A stretch of 64,000 nucleotides of DNA from Octopus bimaculoides (taxonomy: Eukaryota): assembly GCF_001194135.2 (NCBI RefSeq), contig NC_068993.1, positions 18,931,967 through 18,995,966 on the forward strand. Direction: 5' to 3'. Made by a program: the position numbers and the translations under genes. Each line of letters opens with the position of its first letter. Position 1 is the stretch's first letter. Shown here one piece after another: positions 39,458 through 53,504 of the stretch. Below the pieces are notes generated by a model. It worked only from the letters and a program-made list of their open reading frames with translations, searched no databases and was not told where the DNA came from.

Positions 39458-42329
39458 NNNNNNNNNNNNNNNNNNNNNNNNNNNNNNNNNNNNNNNNNNN
39501 NNNNNNNNNNNNNNNNNNNNNNNNNNNNNNNNNNNNNNNNNNNNNNNNNNNNNNNNNNNNNNNNNNNNNNNNNNNNNNNNNNNNNNNNNNNNNNNNNNNN
39601 NNNNNNNNNNNNNNNNNNNNNNNNNNNNNNNNNNNNNNNNNNNNNNNNNNNNNNNNNNNNNNNNNNNNNNNNNNNNNNNNNNNNNNNNNNNNNNNNNNNN
39701 NNNNNNNNNNNNNNNNNNNNNNNNNNNNNNNNNNNNNNNNNNNNNNNNNNNNNNNNNNNNNNNNNNNNNNNNNNNNNNNNNNNNNNNNNNNNNNNNNNNN
39801 NNNNNNNNNNNNNNNNNNNNNNNNNNNNNNNNNNNNNNNNNNNNNNNNNNNNNNNNNNNNNNNNNNNNNNNNNNNNNNNNNNNNNNNNNNNNNNNNNNNN
39901 NNNNNNNNNNNNNNNNNNNNNNNNNNNNNNNNNNNNNNNNNNNNNNNNNNNNNNNNNNNNNNNNNNNNNNNNNNNNNNNNNNNNNNNNNNNNNNNNNNNN
40001 NNNNNNNNNNNNNNNNNNNNNNNNNNNNNNNNNNNNNNNNNNNNNNNNNNNNNNNNNNNNNNNNNNNNNNNNNNNNNNNNNNNNNNNNNNNNNNTTATCG
40101 AAAAAAACAAAAGACGAGGACAGGTGTATGAATAACAAGCAAATGTATTAGTTAGGGGTTCGGGTAAAATGAAAAAGTCTTTTACTTTTCGAGCCTACGT
40201 TCTTAAGAGAAAGGAATAAAAGAAAATAAACAGAGAGTGAATGAAAAAAACGTCTAGAGTTCAGTGGACGAGCATGGCGAATGAGTAGGGGGGGGGGAAT
40301 TGTTGAAAGAAAGGGAGATAATAATAAAACAGCGTTTGAAAGAAAGGGAGGTAATAATAGAGCTAGTGATACTAACAAGAGAAGGTCAGTGTGCGTGAGT
40401 GTATGTGAGAATGGTGTACGTGAGTGTGTAAGTGTGTATGTGTGAATAGGGGCGAGTGACTCTGACATGTGTGCGTGAGTGTGCGTGCGTGTATAACGTG
40501 TGTGTCTATGTATGTGTGCGTGCGTATGTAACGTGTGTGTGTATGTGCTGTGTGTAGCAGTTGACGTATGCTTTTTCACGTGGTGTGTGCGCATGTGTAT
40601 GTGGGGGTGTGCATCTGTGACTAAACAGCGTGCATGTGTATAATGTATGCATGTGGCTGAAAGTTATCTTTGCGCATGTATGTTGCGTGTGTTAATACGT
40701 GGTGTGTGTGTATGAATATATTGTCTATGTTCAGGTATTGTGTGCTTGTGTGAGTGTTACACTCATAGATACATACATACACATCCATACATACACACAT
40801 ACATACATTCTACAGGCATTCATGCTTACAGACATACATGCATACATGCACACACATACATACACACATACATACATACATACATGCATACATACATACA
40901 TACCTAAGTGCATACACACATACATGCATACATACATACATACATACATACATACATACATACATACATACATACATGCATACATAAATTCATATGCATG
41001 TGCTGAAAAGTTACTATTTCGAATGAAGTAGCATAACAGTCATGCTTTGCTTAGAATTACATGTAAATTCACGTATGTCAAACTTCCAATCTGGCATTAA
41101 ACATAATTTATCCTCGGATTTTCGTTAGTATTAGACACATTTAAGTAGATTAGACTATATATATCCAAAGGAAGTGAGCGATTACTTGAAATTATACTCT
41201 TTTTCATTTACATGTATGTGTGAATGAGTGGAAGAGAATAGGTGCGTGGTCCTTTTCTGCTAATAAGTTCTTACTCCATTTAACTTTGGTAACTGGATAC
41301 GTTCTCTGATATCGAAAATTTACGAGCCAACTTTATTGTCTGTTCTTAGACACTCTGATTGTACTTAAAACCAATCTCTCACCCGCCTCTCTCTCTCTCT
41401 TCTTTCCCACTTTTTCTCACCATTAAAATTAAAGTAGTTAAAATTCTACTCGTAGTTCTCAACTTGTATCTTCTTATCGCTAATGTTGGTAAATAAAGAA
41501 TAGACGAAATCATGGTTTTCCGCTGATGAGTTGACGNNNNNNNNNNNNNNNNNNNNNNNNNNNNNNNNNNNNNNNNNNNNNNNNNNNNNNNNNNNNNNNN
41601 NNNNNNNNNNNNNNNNNNNNNNNNNNNNNNNNNNNNNNNNNNNNNNNNNNNNNNNNNNNNNNNNNNNNNNNNNNNNNNNNNNNNNNNNNNNNNNNNNNNN
41701 NNNNNNNNNNNNNNNNNNNNNNNNNNNNNNNNNNNNNNNNNNNNNNNNNNNNNNNNNNNNNNNNNNNNNNNNNNNNNNNNNNNNNNNNNNNNNNNNNNNN
41801 NNNNNNNNNNNNNNNNNNNNNNNNNNNNNNNNNNNNNNNNNNNNNNNNNNNNNNNNNNNNNNNNNNNNNNNNNNNNNNNNNNNNNNNNNNNNNNNNNNNN
41901 NNNNNNNNNNNNNNNNNNNNNNNNNNNNNNNNNNNNNNNNNNNNNNNNNNNNNNNNNNNNNNNNNNNNNNNNNNNNNNNNNNNNNNNNNNNNNNNNNNNN
42001 NNNNNNNNNNNNNNNNNNNNNNNNNNNNNNNNNNNNNNNNNNNNNNNNNNNNNNNNNNNNNNNNNNNNNNNNNNNNNNNNNNNNNNNNNNTATATATACA
42101 CATACATATATATATATATATACACCTTTTATATCATCACCGCCTGACGAACGGGAATGTGAAACTCTGAGTAACAGTTCCATGACAATTTTACTGCTTT
42201 AATAAAAAGAATATTAAGGCGGCCAGCTGGTTGAAGCGTTAGCAAGCCAGGCCAAATGCTTAGCGGTATTTTGTCTGTCTTTATGTTCTGAGTTCAAAAT
42301 TCGCCGAGGTCAACTTTGCCTTTCATCTT

Positions 42330-42760
42330 GAAGGGCTCTGAAGGACACTAAACTGAACCTTAAAATTGAAGAGAATCTACGGAGTTCCATCAGGTCATAT
42401 TTGTATAAGACATACCCCTTTGTCAAGGTCACATGTACTGATTGGAACTGCATTGTATGTACTAGAATTAACTGTAAGATGGGGCCTGTAGCCTGCTGTA
42501 TAAAACGCATTGATGGTAATTGTAGGTACCTGAATACGTCATACATTGGGGAAACTTCTAGGAGTTTAGTGGAGAGATTAAATGTCAACTGCCGGGAGTA
42601 TAATAACAGGAAACAGTTGTCGATACTCTATCATAAAACCAAAGATCAACATGACAACATGCTGAGTCGACTTAGTTTCGAAATCTTATCTAAACACCCA
42701 AAAGACTAACTGTTATGAAATATGCTTGAGTCTGTCCTCATAAGAAAATATAACTAGTAG
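42330..42760 (+). mobile_element. Penelope-like GIY-YIG endonuclease remnant
   Basis: ORF 42401-42709 contains YIGETSRSLVERL..LSILYHK..LSFEILSK. Confidence 0.7.
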
Positions 42761-43987
42761 GCAATAGAACCACCTCACCACTGCCACTATCCACGCACTA
42801 TACATACAGGTGTGTGCGTAGTATTCGAATGAGAGCTGGATTCATGCAAATCCGGACGGATAAACACATAATTAGGAAGAATTCCAATACCCAGCCATAT
42901 ACATCAACGCGCATGCACAGGCACGAGCACGTGCATACACACGTACGCCTATCCATGCACACACAGCCAGGCAGGCGCACACGCGCACACACACACGTGC
43001 ACATTAACGCTCATGTAGGAACACACACATGCACACAAGAACATGCACACTCAAACATACACACAGACAGTTAATTATCCATAAAACCGGATATATCGCA
43101 CGCACATACACATACGCACTCACATAAGTAAACACAAATTCAGATAGACACACATATGAACCGACACACTCACAGAACCGACCCAATCACACACAAACGC
43201 ACAATAGAGTATGCACTAACGCACACACACGCACGCATGCACGAACACACAAATGCGTTAGTGCACATACACGTTTTCTCTTTCTCTTTCACACACACAC
43301 CATGCACATACAAACTGTTCTCTCCTTTCCCTCCTACACGAACTACAGCGAAGGAACTGCACCTATGATTCTTTACGGGACGACCAGCGGATCCTAGTAG
43401 ATCTCAAAACGAACTGACTTTGAATAAAAAGAAGTTATGGATAGCCAATGCAGACACACTCACAAACACACATACAGGCAGGTACGTGGTCGTACCCATA
43501 CACTCACATACGCGTACGTACGCGCGTACATGCATGCTAGCACCCACACATACTCTTCATTTACTCCCACCTTCGCTTCTCATATAAGCAGCCACACATC
43601 TATATACACGGTGGTATAAGACTAGTTCTTAGACAGACTCAAATCAGACCTAAAAGAGTGATGCGATTGCAAATAGCGATGAAAGAGCTTTGACAAATAC
43701 ACAACCGATTGATAGTCTAATCAGCACATTAAGAAAACGGTCGATTAATTAGTTGGTCAGATATTCAACCGATTCACTAACAATAGAGAAGTGATATTGA
43801 ACCAGTGCGTGTGTTAGTTATTATTGGCATAATGTCCCTCCCACAGTACATCAGAATGTTTTCAACGTACGAAGTGATATCAACAATCTTGCAAACTAAA
43901 TGTAAAGACGAAAATAGACCATAAGTATTTATTGAAAATATTTCTTATTCATAATGTGCCATAGAAGAACGTGGTCACATTGACGCC

Positions 43988-44077
<90 letters not shown>

Positions 44078-45011
44078 TCACACACAGACTCACATGCGAA
44101 CAGCGTACATAGAGTGCGTGAGCGAGTGCGTGTTTGGAGTAGGTTGTGCACTGTTTTGTCTGGCTCATACAGCTCGCGTTATCATTTATATTGAAATTTC
44201 ACCTGTTGCCAGACAAGTACTTTTCGTCAGAGCACTAAGAATAATGACGGGGAAAAAAAAAAATCTTTAATGACTACTAATATGATACCTCCTAAAGGTA
44301 ATGGGTACTTCCTTCGTTTACAAAATGCAAATTCTGTAACTCTTGATATCTCAATATTCTAATATCTTTGCTTTATCAAGCTGATGTTTCGTGAGTGAAA
44401 ATAATATCACACAGCCGTGTACGTACAATTGATGTATTGTTTCTCTGTCTCTCTCTCTTTTCATCTTCTCATACATATATTCATACGTACAAACCTACAC
44501 ACATACAATCATGCACATATATAAGTTCAATGCTTAATAATGAGTCTAACAAAATACATTTTTACGGTTGCGGTAGGGGACCGAAATGAGACGAGGTGGC
44601 TAGTAATGATGATGCAGATGGTGGAGAAGAGGGTGATATTGAAAATGATGATAGAAGATTGTGTTGTCGCAGGCGGTGGTGGTGACAATGGCAGTAGGAC
44701 TGGAATTGTAAACGCGGTGGTGTTGGATGGGATTCAGATGTAGGTGGGAGAGGTTGGAATAATGGAGTGGTTTAGAGCGAGGGGTTGCGGTCCTAGTAAA
44801 AAAGGATATGGGAAATTGTTCCAAGGCAAGAGTTGATGATGTGGTGATGGTCGTGTTTTGGAGGGAAAATATAAAGAACATGGTAGTGAAGAATATAAAT
44901 ATTGTAGCTCTGAACGTGGTAGAATACCGAAATAAAACCGTTCACATATATACCAGCAGAGAAGAGAAAGGAAAAGGAAAGCGCACACGAGGTGATGTAG
45001 ATTCAATAATA

Positions 45012-45393
45012 TGTTGGCACTCCGTCGCTTACGACGTCGAGGGTTCCAGTTGATCCGCTCAACGGAACAACCTGCTCGTGAAATTAACGTGCAAGTGGCT
45101 GAGCACTCCACAGACATGTGTGCCCTTAACGTAGTTCTCGGGGATATTCATCGTAACACAGTGTGACAAGGCTGACCCTTTGAAATACAGGCACAACAGG
45201 AACAGGAAGTAAGAGTGAGAGAAAGTTGTGGTGGAAGAGTACAGTAGGGTTCGCCACCATCCCCTGCCGGAGCCTCGTGGAGCTTTAGGTGTTTTCGCTC
45301 AATAAACACTCACAATGCCCGGTCTGGGAATCGAAACCGCGATCCTATGACCGCGAGTCCGCTGCCCTAACCACTGGGTCATTGCGCCTCCAC
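45012..45393 (-). mobile_element. SINE family C, with 13-bp TSD
   Basis: TSD agattcaataata at 44999-45011 and 45394-45406. Confidence 0.9.
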
Positions 45394-45952
45394 AGATTCA
45401 ATAATAACAGCAATAACAACAAGAAAAAACAAGAACGATAGCAACTGCAGTGAGGCAACAGTTCGGTCACTGCAACAGATTTATGGTATCAGGTTCAAAT
45501 ATCTCCCGCGTAAGCAAACCCTCTTCAGGAATGTCAAGGCTATAAACGGTTTTGTAATTCCAGAGTAGAATGAACATGGCCACAGCAAGACCCCAAATAT
45601 ACCTACGTACACATCCAACCGCCCGAGCACACAATGACGCATACACACAGCCATGGTCACACGTACAGCTATCTACACGCGTAGGCGCTCATACCTTCTT
45701 GTTATTTTACGCTCTATACAATCATACCATGATGTTGAATATGATTAGTATAGCTGGAATATATTAGGGCACGCACCCCACTTAGCTTTGTATTTATTGC
45801 CCTGAGTGTTGAGGAAGTGCGTCGATTGCATTACACAATTCGGCCAACTGTCTTGTTTAATAAAGACAATCGGTTTACTAAAACGTGTGTATGTTTTATA
45901 AAGATTAGAGTACCAACATTTTCTGTGTTTATTATTTCTATAACGTGGAAGG

Positions 45953-46165
45953 CGGTGAGCTGGTAGAATCGTTAGCGCACTGGGCAAAATGTTTGGCAAT
46001 ATTTCGCCCGTCGCTACGTTCTTAGTTCAAATTCCGCTAAGGTCGACTTTGCCTTTCATCCTTTCGGATTCGATAAAATAAGTACCAGTTAAACACTGGT
46101 GTCTATGTAATCGATTCATACCTTCGAACCAAATTGCTTCCCTTGTGGCAAAATTTGAAGCCATT
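45953..46165 (+). mobile_element. SINE family B
   Basis: ggtgagctggtagaatcgttagc..gttcaaattccg..gtcgactttgcctttcatcctttcgg. Confidence 0.8.
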
Positions 46166-46285
46166 ATTTCTATAACGTGGTTCAAATTTCGCAACACTAA
46201 CTTCAAACTAGATACAAGAGTACAGTCCGGAGATTTCTACTGAGCGTAAACATTTTTTTTATGTGCCTCAACTACCAGCATGCAA

Positions 46286-46325
<40 letters not shown>

Positions 46326-46509
46326 GTGTCTGTCTGTTTGTCACTATGTATGTATTAATGTGTGCACGCGCACACTTGAACAATATACCTATAAAGCATA
46401 TATATTTAATATATGTAAACACATGCACAAAACGTGCACATATCTAGCATTTATATAACATATGTATAAATATACAGATTCGTATGTGTGTGTATGTGTG
46501 TGTGTATGC

Positions 46510-46548
<39 letters not shown>

Positions 46549-46991
46549 CACACGCATATAAAGGACAAAATATCTTCGTCTAATGCACTAGCATAATGAA
46601 GTCAAGTTTGTGATGATAATTATCCATCAGGTCCTAATTCAATTGACGGTGTAAGGTGGTGGAAATGTAAATTATAGCATTCACGCTTTCCTCAGCATTC
46701 GCCGAGTAATTGAAATAAATGTAGCAGGTGTTCGAAAATTGCTTTGCACTCTTACATGAACGGGAATTTAACACATTCACTGCACACATAGATATAGGTG
46801 CACGTCTGACATCTATTTTAAAACTACGAAACTCAGTGAGTCGTTGGGAATGTTGACAGAAACGATTACAACATAATTTAAACAGTTTTGTATATGTTTT
46901 CAATTTTTAACATTGCTTTCTTTTACACTTACTATCTGAATGTAGTACTTTGATGTAGTCTAAGGGATTTCCATTTGTGAAAGTTAACCAT

Positions 46992-47398
46992 GCGCAGGAG
47001 TGGCTGTGTGGTAAGTAGCTTGTTTACCAGCCACATGGTTCCGAGTTCAGTCCCACTGTGTGGCAAGTGTCTTCTACTGTAGCCTCGGGCCGACCAAAGC
47101 CTTGTGAGTGGATTTGGTAGACGGAAACTGAAAAAAGCCCGTCGTATATATGCATATATATATATATATGTGATGTGTGTGTGTATGTTTGTGTGTCTGT
47201 GTTTGTCCTCCTAGCATTGTTTGACAACCGATGCTGGTGTGTTTATGTCCCTGTCAACTAGCGGTTCGGCAAAAAGAGATCGATAGAATAAGTACTAGGC
47301 TTACAAAGAATAAGTCCTGGGGTCGATTTGCTCGACTAAAGGCGGTGCTCCAGCATGGCCACAGTCAAATGACTGAAACAAGTAAAAGAGTAAAAGAG
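46992..47398 (+). mobile_element. SINE family A, full length
   Basis: Same architecture as the 14174 copy. Confidence 0.85.
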
Positions 47399-47565
47399 TA
47401 TGCATTTGTACATACCTGCCCAAATCTGAGTAATACTTTTTGAGAAACACTGACTGTTGGCCATGCATGCTAGCCTGTCTCTAGTACACCATCAATGTTT
47501 ATTGTAGGGGATGTGTCGCCGAAATGTGCCACTCAACTCGGCGATTATACTGTCTGACATCCGTG

Positions 47566-47963
47566 TATCTTTTATCTTTTATCTCTTTCAGTCATTGGAC
47601 TGCGGTTATGCTGGGGCACCGCCTTCAAGAACTTTTAGTCAAATGAATCGATTACAGGAGTTATTTGTGTTCTTTAAGCTTGGTATTCATTATATTAGTC
47701 ACTTTTTGACGAGCTGCTAAGTTACGGGGGCGTAAACAAACCAACCACGGTTGTCAAGCGGTGGTGGAGGACAAAGACAGACAGAGAAACGCATACATAC
47801 ATCGGTCTTCTTTCAGTTTCCGTCTACCAAATCCACTCACAAGGTATAGGTCGGCCTGAGGCCACACTAGAAGCCACATACTCAAGGTGCTATGCTGTGG
47901 GACTAAACCCGGAACCATGTGGTTGGGAAGGAAGCTTCTTACCAGACAGCCACGTCTGAGCCT
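47566..47963 (-). mobile_element. SINE family A, diverged
   Basis: Reverse complement of the family-A right and left arms. Confidence 0.75.
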
Positions 47964-48188
47964 GTGTGGAAAAATAATAACTGTTAATTCATTCATAATG
48001 TGACATTAAATAACGTGTAGTCGAAGGCGCTGACATCTGAACACAAAGACCCGGGACACATACCAAAAAGACTCATTTCTGACCCTTTTACAATTCGAAG
48101 AAGAATTTAAAACACAGTTGGTCCAGGTGAGATTTGAGCACAGCGCAGAGAATTTGGATAAATAGCGTAAAACATTCTATCCATCTCT

Positions 48189-48572
48189 GTTGTTGTTGGC
48201 ACTCCGTCGCTTACGGTGTCGAGGGTTCCAGTTGATCCGATCAACGGAACAGCCTGCTCGTGAAATTAACGTGCAAGTGGCAGAGCACTCCACAGACACG
48301 TGTACCCTTAACGTAGTTCTCGGGGATATTCAGCGTGACACAGCATGACAAGGCTGACCCTTTGAATTACAGGCACAACAGAAACAGGAAGTAAGAGTGA
48401 GAGAAAGTTGTGGTGAAAGAGTACAGCAGGGTTCGTACCACCACCCGCCGAAGCCTCGTGGAGCTTTAGGTGTTTTCGCTCAATAAACACTCACAACGCC
48501 GGGTCTGGGAATCGAAACCGCGATCCTATGACCGCGAGTCCGCTGCCCTAACCACTGGCCATTGCGCCTCCA
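48189..48572 (-). mobile_element. SINE family C, with 12-bp TSD
   Basis: TSD ctatccatctct at 48177-48188 and 48573-48584. Confidence 0.9.
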
Positions 48573-48995
48573 CTATCCATCTCTATAACGGCTTTATTAA
48601 TTCGCCTCCTTAAACTTATTCTCAATATTTGATGTTTCGAAGCTGGCATGCTATTGCCAAATACATGGCTTTTATGTTCAAAAGAAAATACGAAGCATCA
48701 AAACATCAAACACAAAGAGAATACAATGAAGAAAATATTATATGAAGGTTAGAACATCAAATCTCGAATAAGACTGATGCATATTTGAAAATACGGATCT
48801 TGACATTTCATATATAAGGAATAATAAAAGATGTAAAAACCGAATATTACTGAAACTACAAGAATTGGACTTCAGCCATGTTTACAAAATTATATGAGCA
48901 TACTCAACACACAATACACACCTCACTCGTTATTTCTGTGTATGTATGTATGTATGTATGTATGTATGTATGTATGTATGTATGTATGTATGTGC

Positions 48996-49028
<33 letters not shown>

Positions 49029-49108
49029 NNNNNNNNNNNNNNNNNNNNNNNNNNNNNNNNNNNNNNNNNNNNNNNNNNNNNNNNNNNNNNNNNNNNNNNN
49101 NNNNNNNN

Positions 49109-49160
<52 letters not shown>

Positions 49161-49519
49161 GTATATATTTGTATATGCTTATCTATCTATAATATATCTT
49201 TCATGCACAAAGTACAGCTGAGAACCTGCTAGTTTTAAGGGTATCCCGAAAATCTTAGTTGGGAGCCCAACCTTCCGAGTTCTTTTACAGGGTTCAGAAA
49301 AACCGAAAGACTGCAATACAACAAAACCCAGTTCTCAAGTGGTACTTATTTTCACTACTCCGAAAGGATGACATGCCAAATGCCATGTCAACCTCAACGG
49401 AATTCGAACATGAAAACGGAGGAAATGCCGCAAAGCATTTTGCTCGGCGTGCAAGCAATTCTGCCAGTACTCTGCCCTATTTCTGTTAGATATTAAGATA
49501 TTAATAAAAAAAATACACA

Positions 49520-49682
49520 GGCGTAGGAGTGGCTGTGTGGTAAGTAGCTTGCTTACGAACCACATGGTTCCGGGTTCAGTTCCACTGCGTGGAACTTTGG
49601 GCAATTATCTTCTACTATAGCCTCGGGCCGACCAAAGCCTTGTGAGTGGATCTGGTAAATGGAAACTGAAGGAAGTCCGTCG

Positions 49683-49723
<41 letters not shown>

Positions 49724-49729
49724 TTGTGC

Positions 49730-49764
<35 letters not shown>

Positions 49765-49975
49765 TGTGTCTGTGTTTGTCCCCCAACATCGCTTGAAAAC
49801 CAATGCAGTTGTGCTTACGTCCCCGTAATTTAGCGGTTCGGCTAAAGAGGCCGATAGAATAAGTACTTGGCTTACAAACAATAAGTCCTGGGCTCGATTT
49901 GCTCGACTAATCGCGGTGCTCCAGCATGGCCGCAGTCAAATGACCGTAACAAATAAAAGAGTAAAGAGTAAAGAG
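49520..49975 (+). mobile_element. SINE family A, full length, with ~90-nt internal (TA)/(TG) tract
   Basis: Head ggcgtaggagtggctgtgtggtaag and tail (gagtaaa)n. Confidence 0.85.
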
Positions 49976-50214
49976 TATAAGCACATAGGTAGAATGAGAA
50001 ATTCCAATGTGAGCAATTAACAGAGGATGACCTCAAAATGGTGAAGTAGGTTGCAATAATATTTACTCAGAGATATAGAGAGAATCGTTACTGAAATTAT
50101 ACTCTTACACTTCCTCAAGGCTATTACATACGTTAGAGTATGTGTCTGTGCTTCTAGCGCTTACTTGGTTGCGTGTATGTATGTATGTATGTATGTATGT
50201 ACGTACCTACCTAC

Positions 50215-50254
<40 letters not shown>

Positions 50255-51131
50255 TATCGGATGTGTGCGTCTAGACGTGTGTAAGTTTGCTTAACTATAA
50301 TGCTTATGTCTGTGTGTGTTATTGTAAGTAACATAAGTAGCAATGCATAATTGATAAACATAAATACTAAAGGAAATCCGACAAGATGCTAGCGTCGTCA
50401 GTTGATGGTTACCTATATGACCGGTAGTTAGGCATGCATAAAGGAAACTGCTTCTTACAGGAGGCGGCTGAACACATAGTCCCTGTAGCGGCCTTAATAC
50501 GTACCCCGACGTATCTTTATATCAGATTTATCGTTTTATTTAGCATTGCAGTTTCAGCTAATATATATACGCCTCTCAGTGCAGTGCAAATAAGGAAACA
50601 CATATTTATACACACATGTACATACACACGCAAATACGAAAATATACAAACACACACACGCGTGCACACACACACACACACATACACACACACGCACATA
50701 CACAACCACCACCCCAATCCCAACCCCTACACACACACTCAGCACTCACAATCACGCTAGAAATACAGGCAAATAAATGCACGCAAGAACGTACATTTAT
50801 ATACAATATTGGTAGTAGTCATAGTTGTGTAGTTAAGAAATCCATTTCGAAATCTCATGCTTTCGGGTTCGATTGCATTGTACAGCAACTGTGCATATGT
50901 CGGCAACAGTAATTTCGAGTTGATCTTATGTATGGAAATGAGCAAACAGAAAAGTGTGCAGAAATCCATATCTATATGAACAAACATGAACACACAAAGA
51001 TAACCCACCCACACACATACATTTTCATACACACATACACATATGCACACACAGACATTTGCATGTACATATGAGACTACACAGAATCACATCAATCCAT
51101 TCATCCCTCCATCCATCCATCCGTCCATCCG

Positions 51132-51183
<52 letters not shown>

Positions 51184-51184
<1 letters not shown>

Positions 51185-51339
51185 GAGGAGGAGCTGAAAA
51201 AGTTCCTGGATTTAGATAAAAGAAAATAGGAGGATAAGTTAATTATGATTTTATTCAACATACTCCCCTCTCAGGTTCACAGACTTATTGCAGACGTCCT
51301 TCAGTTTTTCTAAGCCCTATAAAAGAATTCGAAAAATTG

Positions 51340-51340
<1 letters not shown>
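51184..51340. mobile_element. Mariner-like terminal fragment inserted in (ATCT)n
   Basis: TA|tgaggaggagctgaaaagttcctgg resembles a mariner TIR (TA-cgaggg..ctgaaaagtt). No second TIR found. Confidence 0.5.
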
Positions 51341-51422
<82 letters not shown>

Positions 51423-51845
51423 CTGTCTGTCTGTACGCGTGTACGTAAATATATTTACATAATATATATGTGTGTATCTATGTACTACTCCATAAAATAA
51501 TCAGTAACTTAAATATGTTTTGCCGACAAAAGTACCTCGGGGCTGTCTTCAACAAGTCTTCAGTTATTGACGGCAAAGACTCAATGAATAAATGAATACA
51601 TTAGCTTTAATACGATTTTACGACAAAACACAGTGTCTAGTTGCCTTCTGATGTCATTTGGCTCTCAACTCAGTTTCATGTATATGTATGCATATGTGTG
51701 TGTGTGTATGTATGTATGTATGTATGTATGTATTTATGTATGTATATATGTATGTATTTGTGTGCGTGTATGCATGTATGTATGTATGTATGTACGTATG
51801 TATATATGTATGTATGTATGTATGTATGTACACTTTCTCTATTTA

Positions 51846-52506
51846 CAAGGTTATTACCAGTTCGAAGATGATTGGGGCATATTCGAACCTTAAGAAAGCC
51901 ATTCTCTGTGTTTTATGATGGAGATAATATTTGTGATGGAGAAAATATTTGTGATAGAAACAATATAATTTCTCTGTTGAGAAATGGTGTAAGTACACCT
52001 AGAATCAGTTCAGACTGTGAGAAGAAAGTATTTCGGAGTGGTTATCTCACTTTCACTCACAGAAACTGCGTAGGTTTCAATGCTAGCTGATAAGAGAGAC
52101 TGTCTTTCTTCTGATATTCCAGTCATCTTATAATGATTGGTAGTGCTAATCGGCGGCTCACAGTAACATGTCACTGCTCAGCGTTGTCACTTCGTAATTT
52201 GTTTACAGTGAGCTGCAAATTAGGCCTACCAAATTGTTATACGATGAGTGGAATAGCATAAGAGAGACAATCTCTCCTGCCAGCTCGCAGAACACTCTGT
52301 GCAGTTTCTGTGATTGATTGAAGAGGAGATAACTATTCCGAAACGCTTTCTTCTCGTAGTCTGAGTAGGTTGCGCTGCGACCAGATTTTAGGTGTACTTA
52401 CACTATTTGTCTGCTGCGATAAATTTTCTCCATGACAAAACACAGTGAATAGCTTCTTTACGGGTTCAAATATGTCCCAAGCATATTTGAACTAGTAATA
52501 ACCTTG
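51846..52506. mobile_element. Foldback MITE, almost entirely an inverted repeat, with TA TSD
   Basis: TA|caaggttattacc.. and ..taataaccttg|TA. Arms align from the ends in to ~52167 and ~52201. Confidence 0.85.
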
Positions 52507-52599
52507 TATTTATATTCATCACTGCTTAGTGCTGCCCCTCCATAATTACTCTTTTTAATTTTGGATAAATTTTTACCGACCACCTACTTTGTAGCAAGG

Positions 52600-52930
52600 T
52601 TTTAAAAGAAAGCGTCTTTGTTTTGTTCATCATCTTTTAAATTTTAAGAAAGTCTTGCATATTTTCATAGTCCCACATATCGTGCTCATTTGTAGTGTAT
52701 GAACTATAGATTCGCCTTAATTCCCTAATAACCCAAGTTCAGTCATATTTTTCTATGTATTCCGTTGCTCCGATAATTACAGGTATGAAGCTGAAAGTGT
52801 TTCTTGAGGACTGGATTTGCAAACCTCTCATCAATCGTTTCATAAATTCCTTCTTTCTTTCGCATTTTTCTAACCACATTGGTGTCCAGACGGCAGCTGA
52901 TTTCTACAACAGGACATTATCTTTGTTTTT
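52600..52930 (-). mobile_element. R4/Dong-like LINE C-terminal restriction-like endonuclease remnant
   Basis: VVEISCRLDTNVVRK..K..IY..IPVIIGA..DFLK (cf. IIEISCP.D.N...K..EK..KY..IP.IIGA..KTFL). Confidence 0.6.
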
Positions 52931-53221
52931 TTTTTTGTGATCCTACACAACAGTATCTGATCAGCTGTGTTTTAAATTCGTGGATGCTTTAATCTTTTAA
53001 TTTTTAATTTTTAAGTTTCATCAATATTATTTTTTTACCCATTGGTCTCAGTATAGTCAACTTATTGGCCCTTTAGGTTCTGAAGAGAGATAACTCGAAC
53101 AGATCTTAAAGCCGTATCTTTGTCTCAGTCAATATTAGTGACAGAGGGGCTCTTGTGGGCCGCCTGGTCAGAATAAATACGAGATCAGCACTAAGGATGA
53201 AAAATAAACAACTCCTGCTTT

Positions 53222-53318
<97 letters not shown>

Positions 53319-53504
53319 TGAGAAAGAGAGAGAGAGGGAGGGAGAGAGAAAGAGGGGAGAGAGAGGAAGCTAGAGAGAGATATCATACATACGTATCTAT
53401 GTGCATGTAATCTATGTTGGTGTCTGTTACTGTATGAGTGCGTGTATGCATAAGTAAATAAAACCTTCAGATACATAGCATCTACAACACAATGAAAATA
53501 TAGG

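Noticed and set aside
42141-42180. CTGACGA-acg[ggaa]tgt-GAAAC hammerhead-like core (also CTGATGA next to the gap at 41523)
   Set aside because: No stem I pairing; the second is truncated by the gap.
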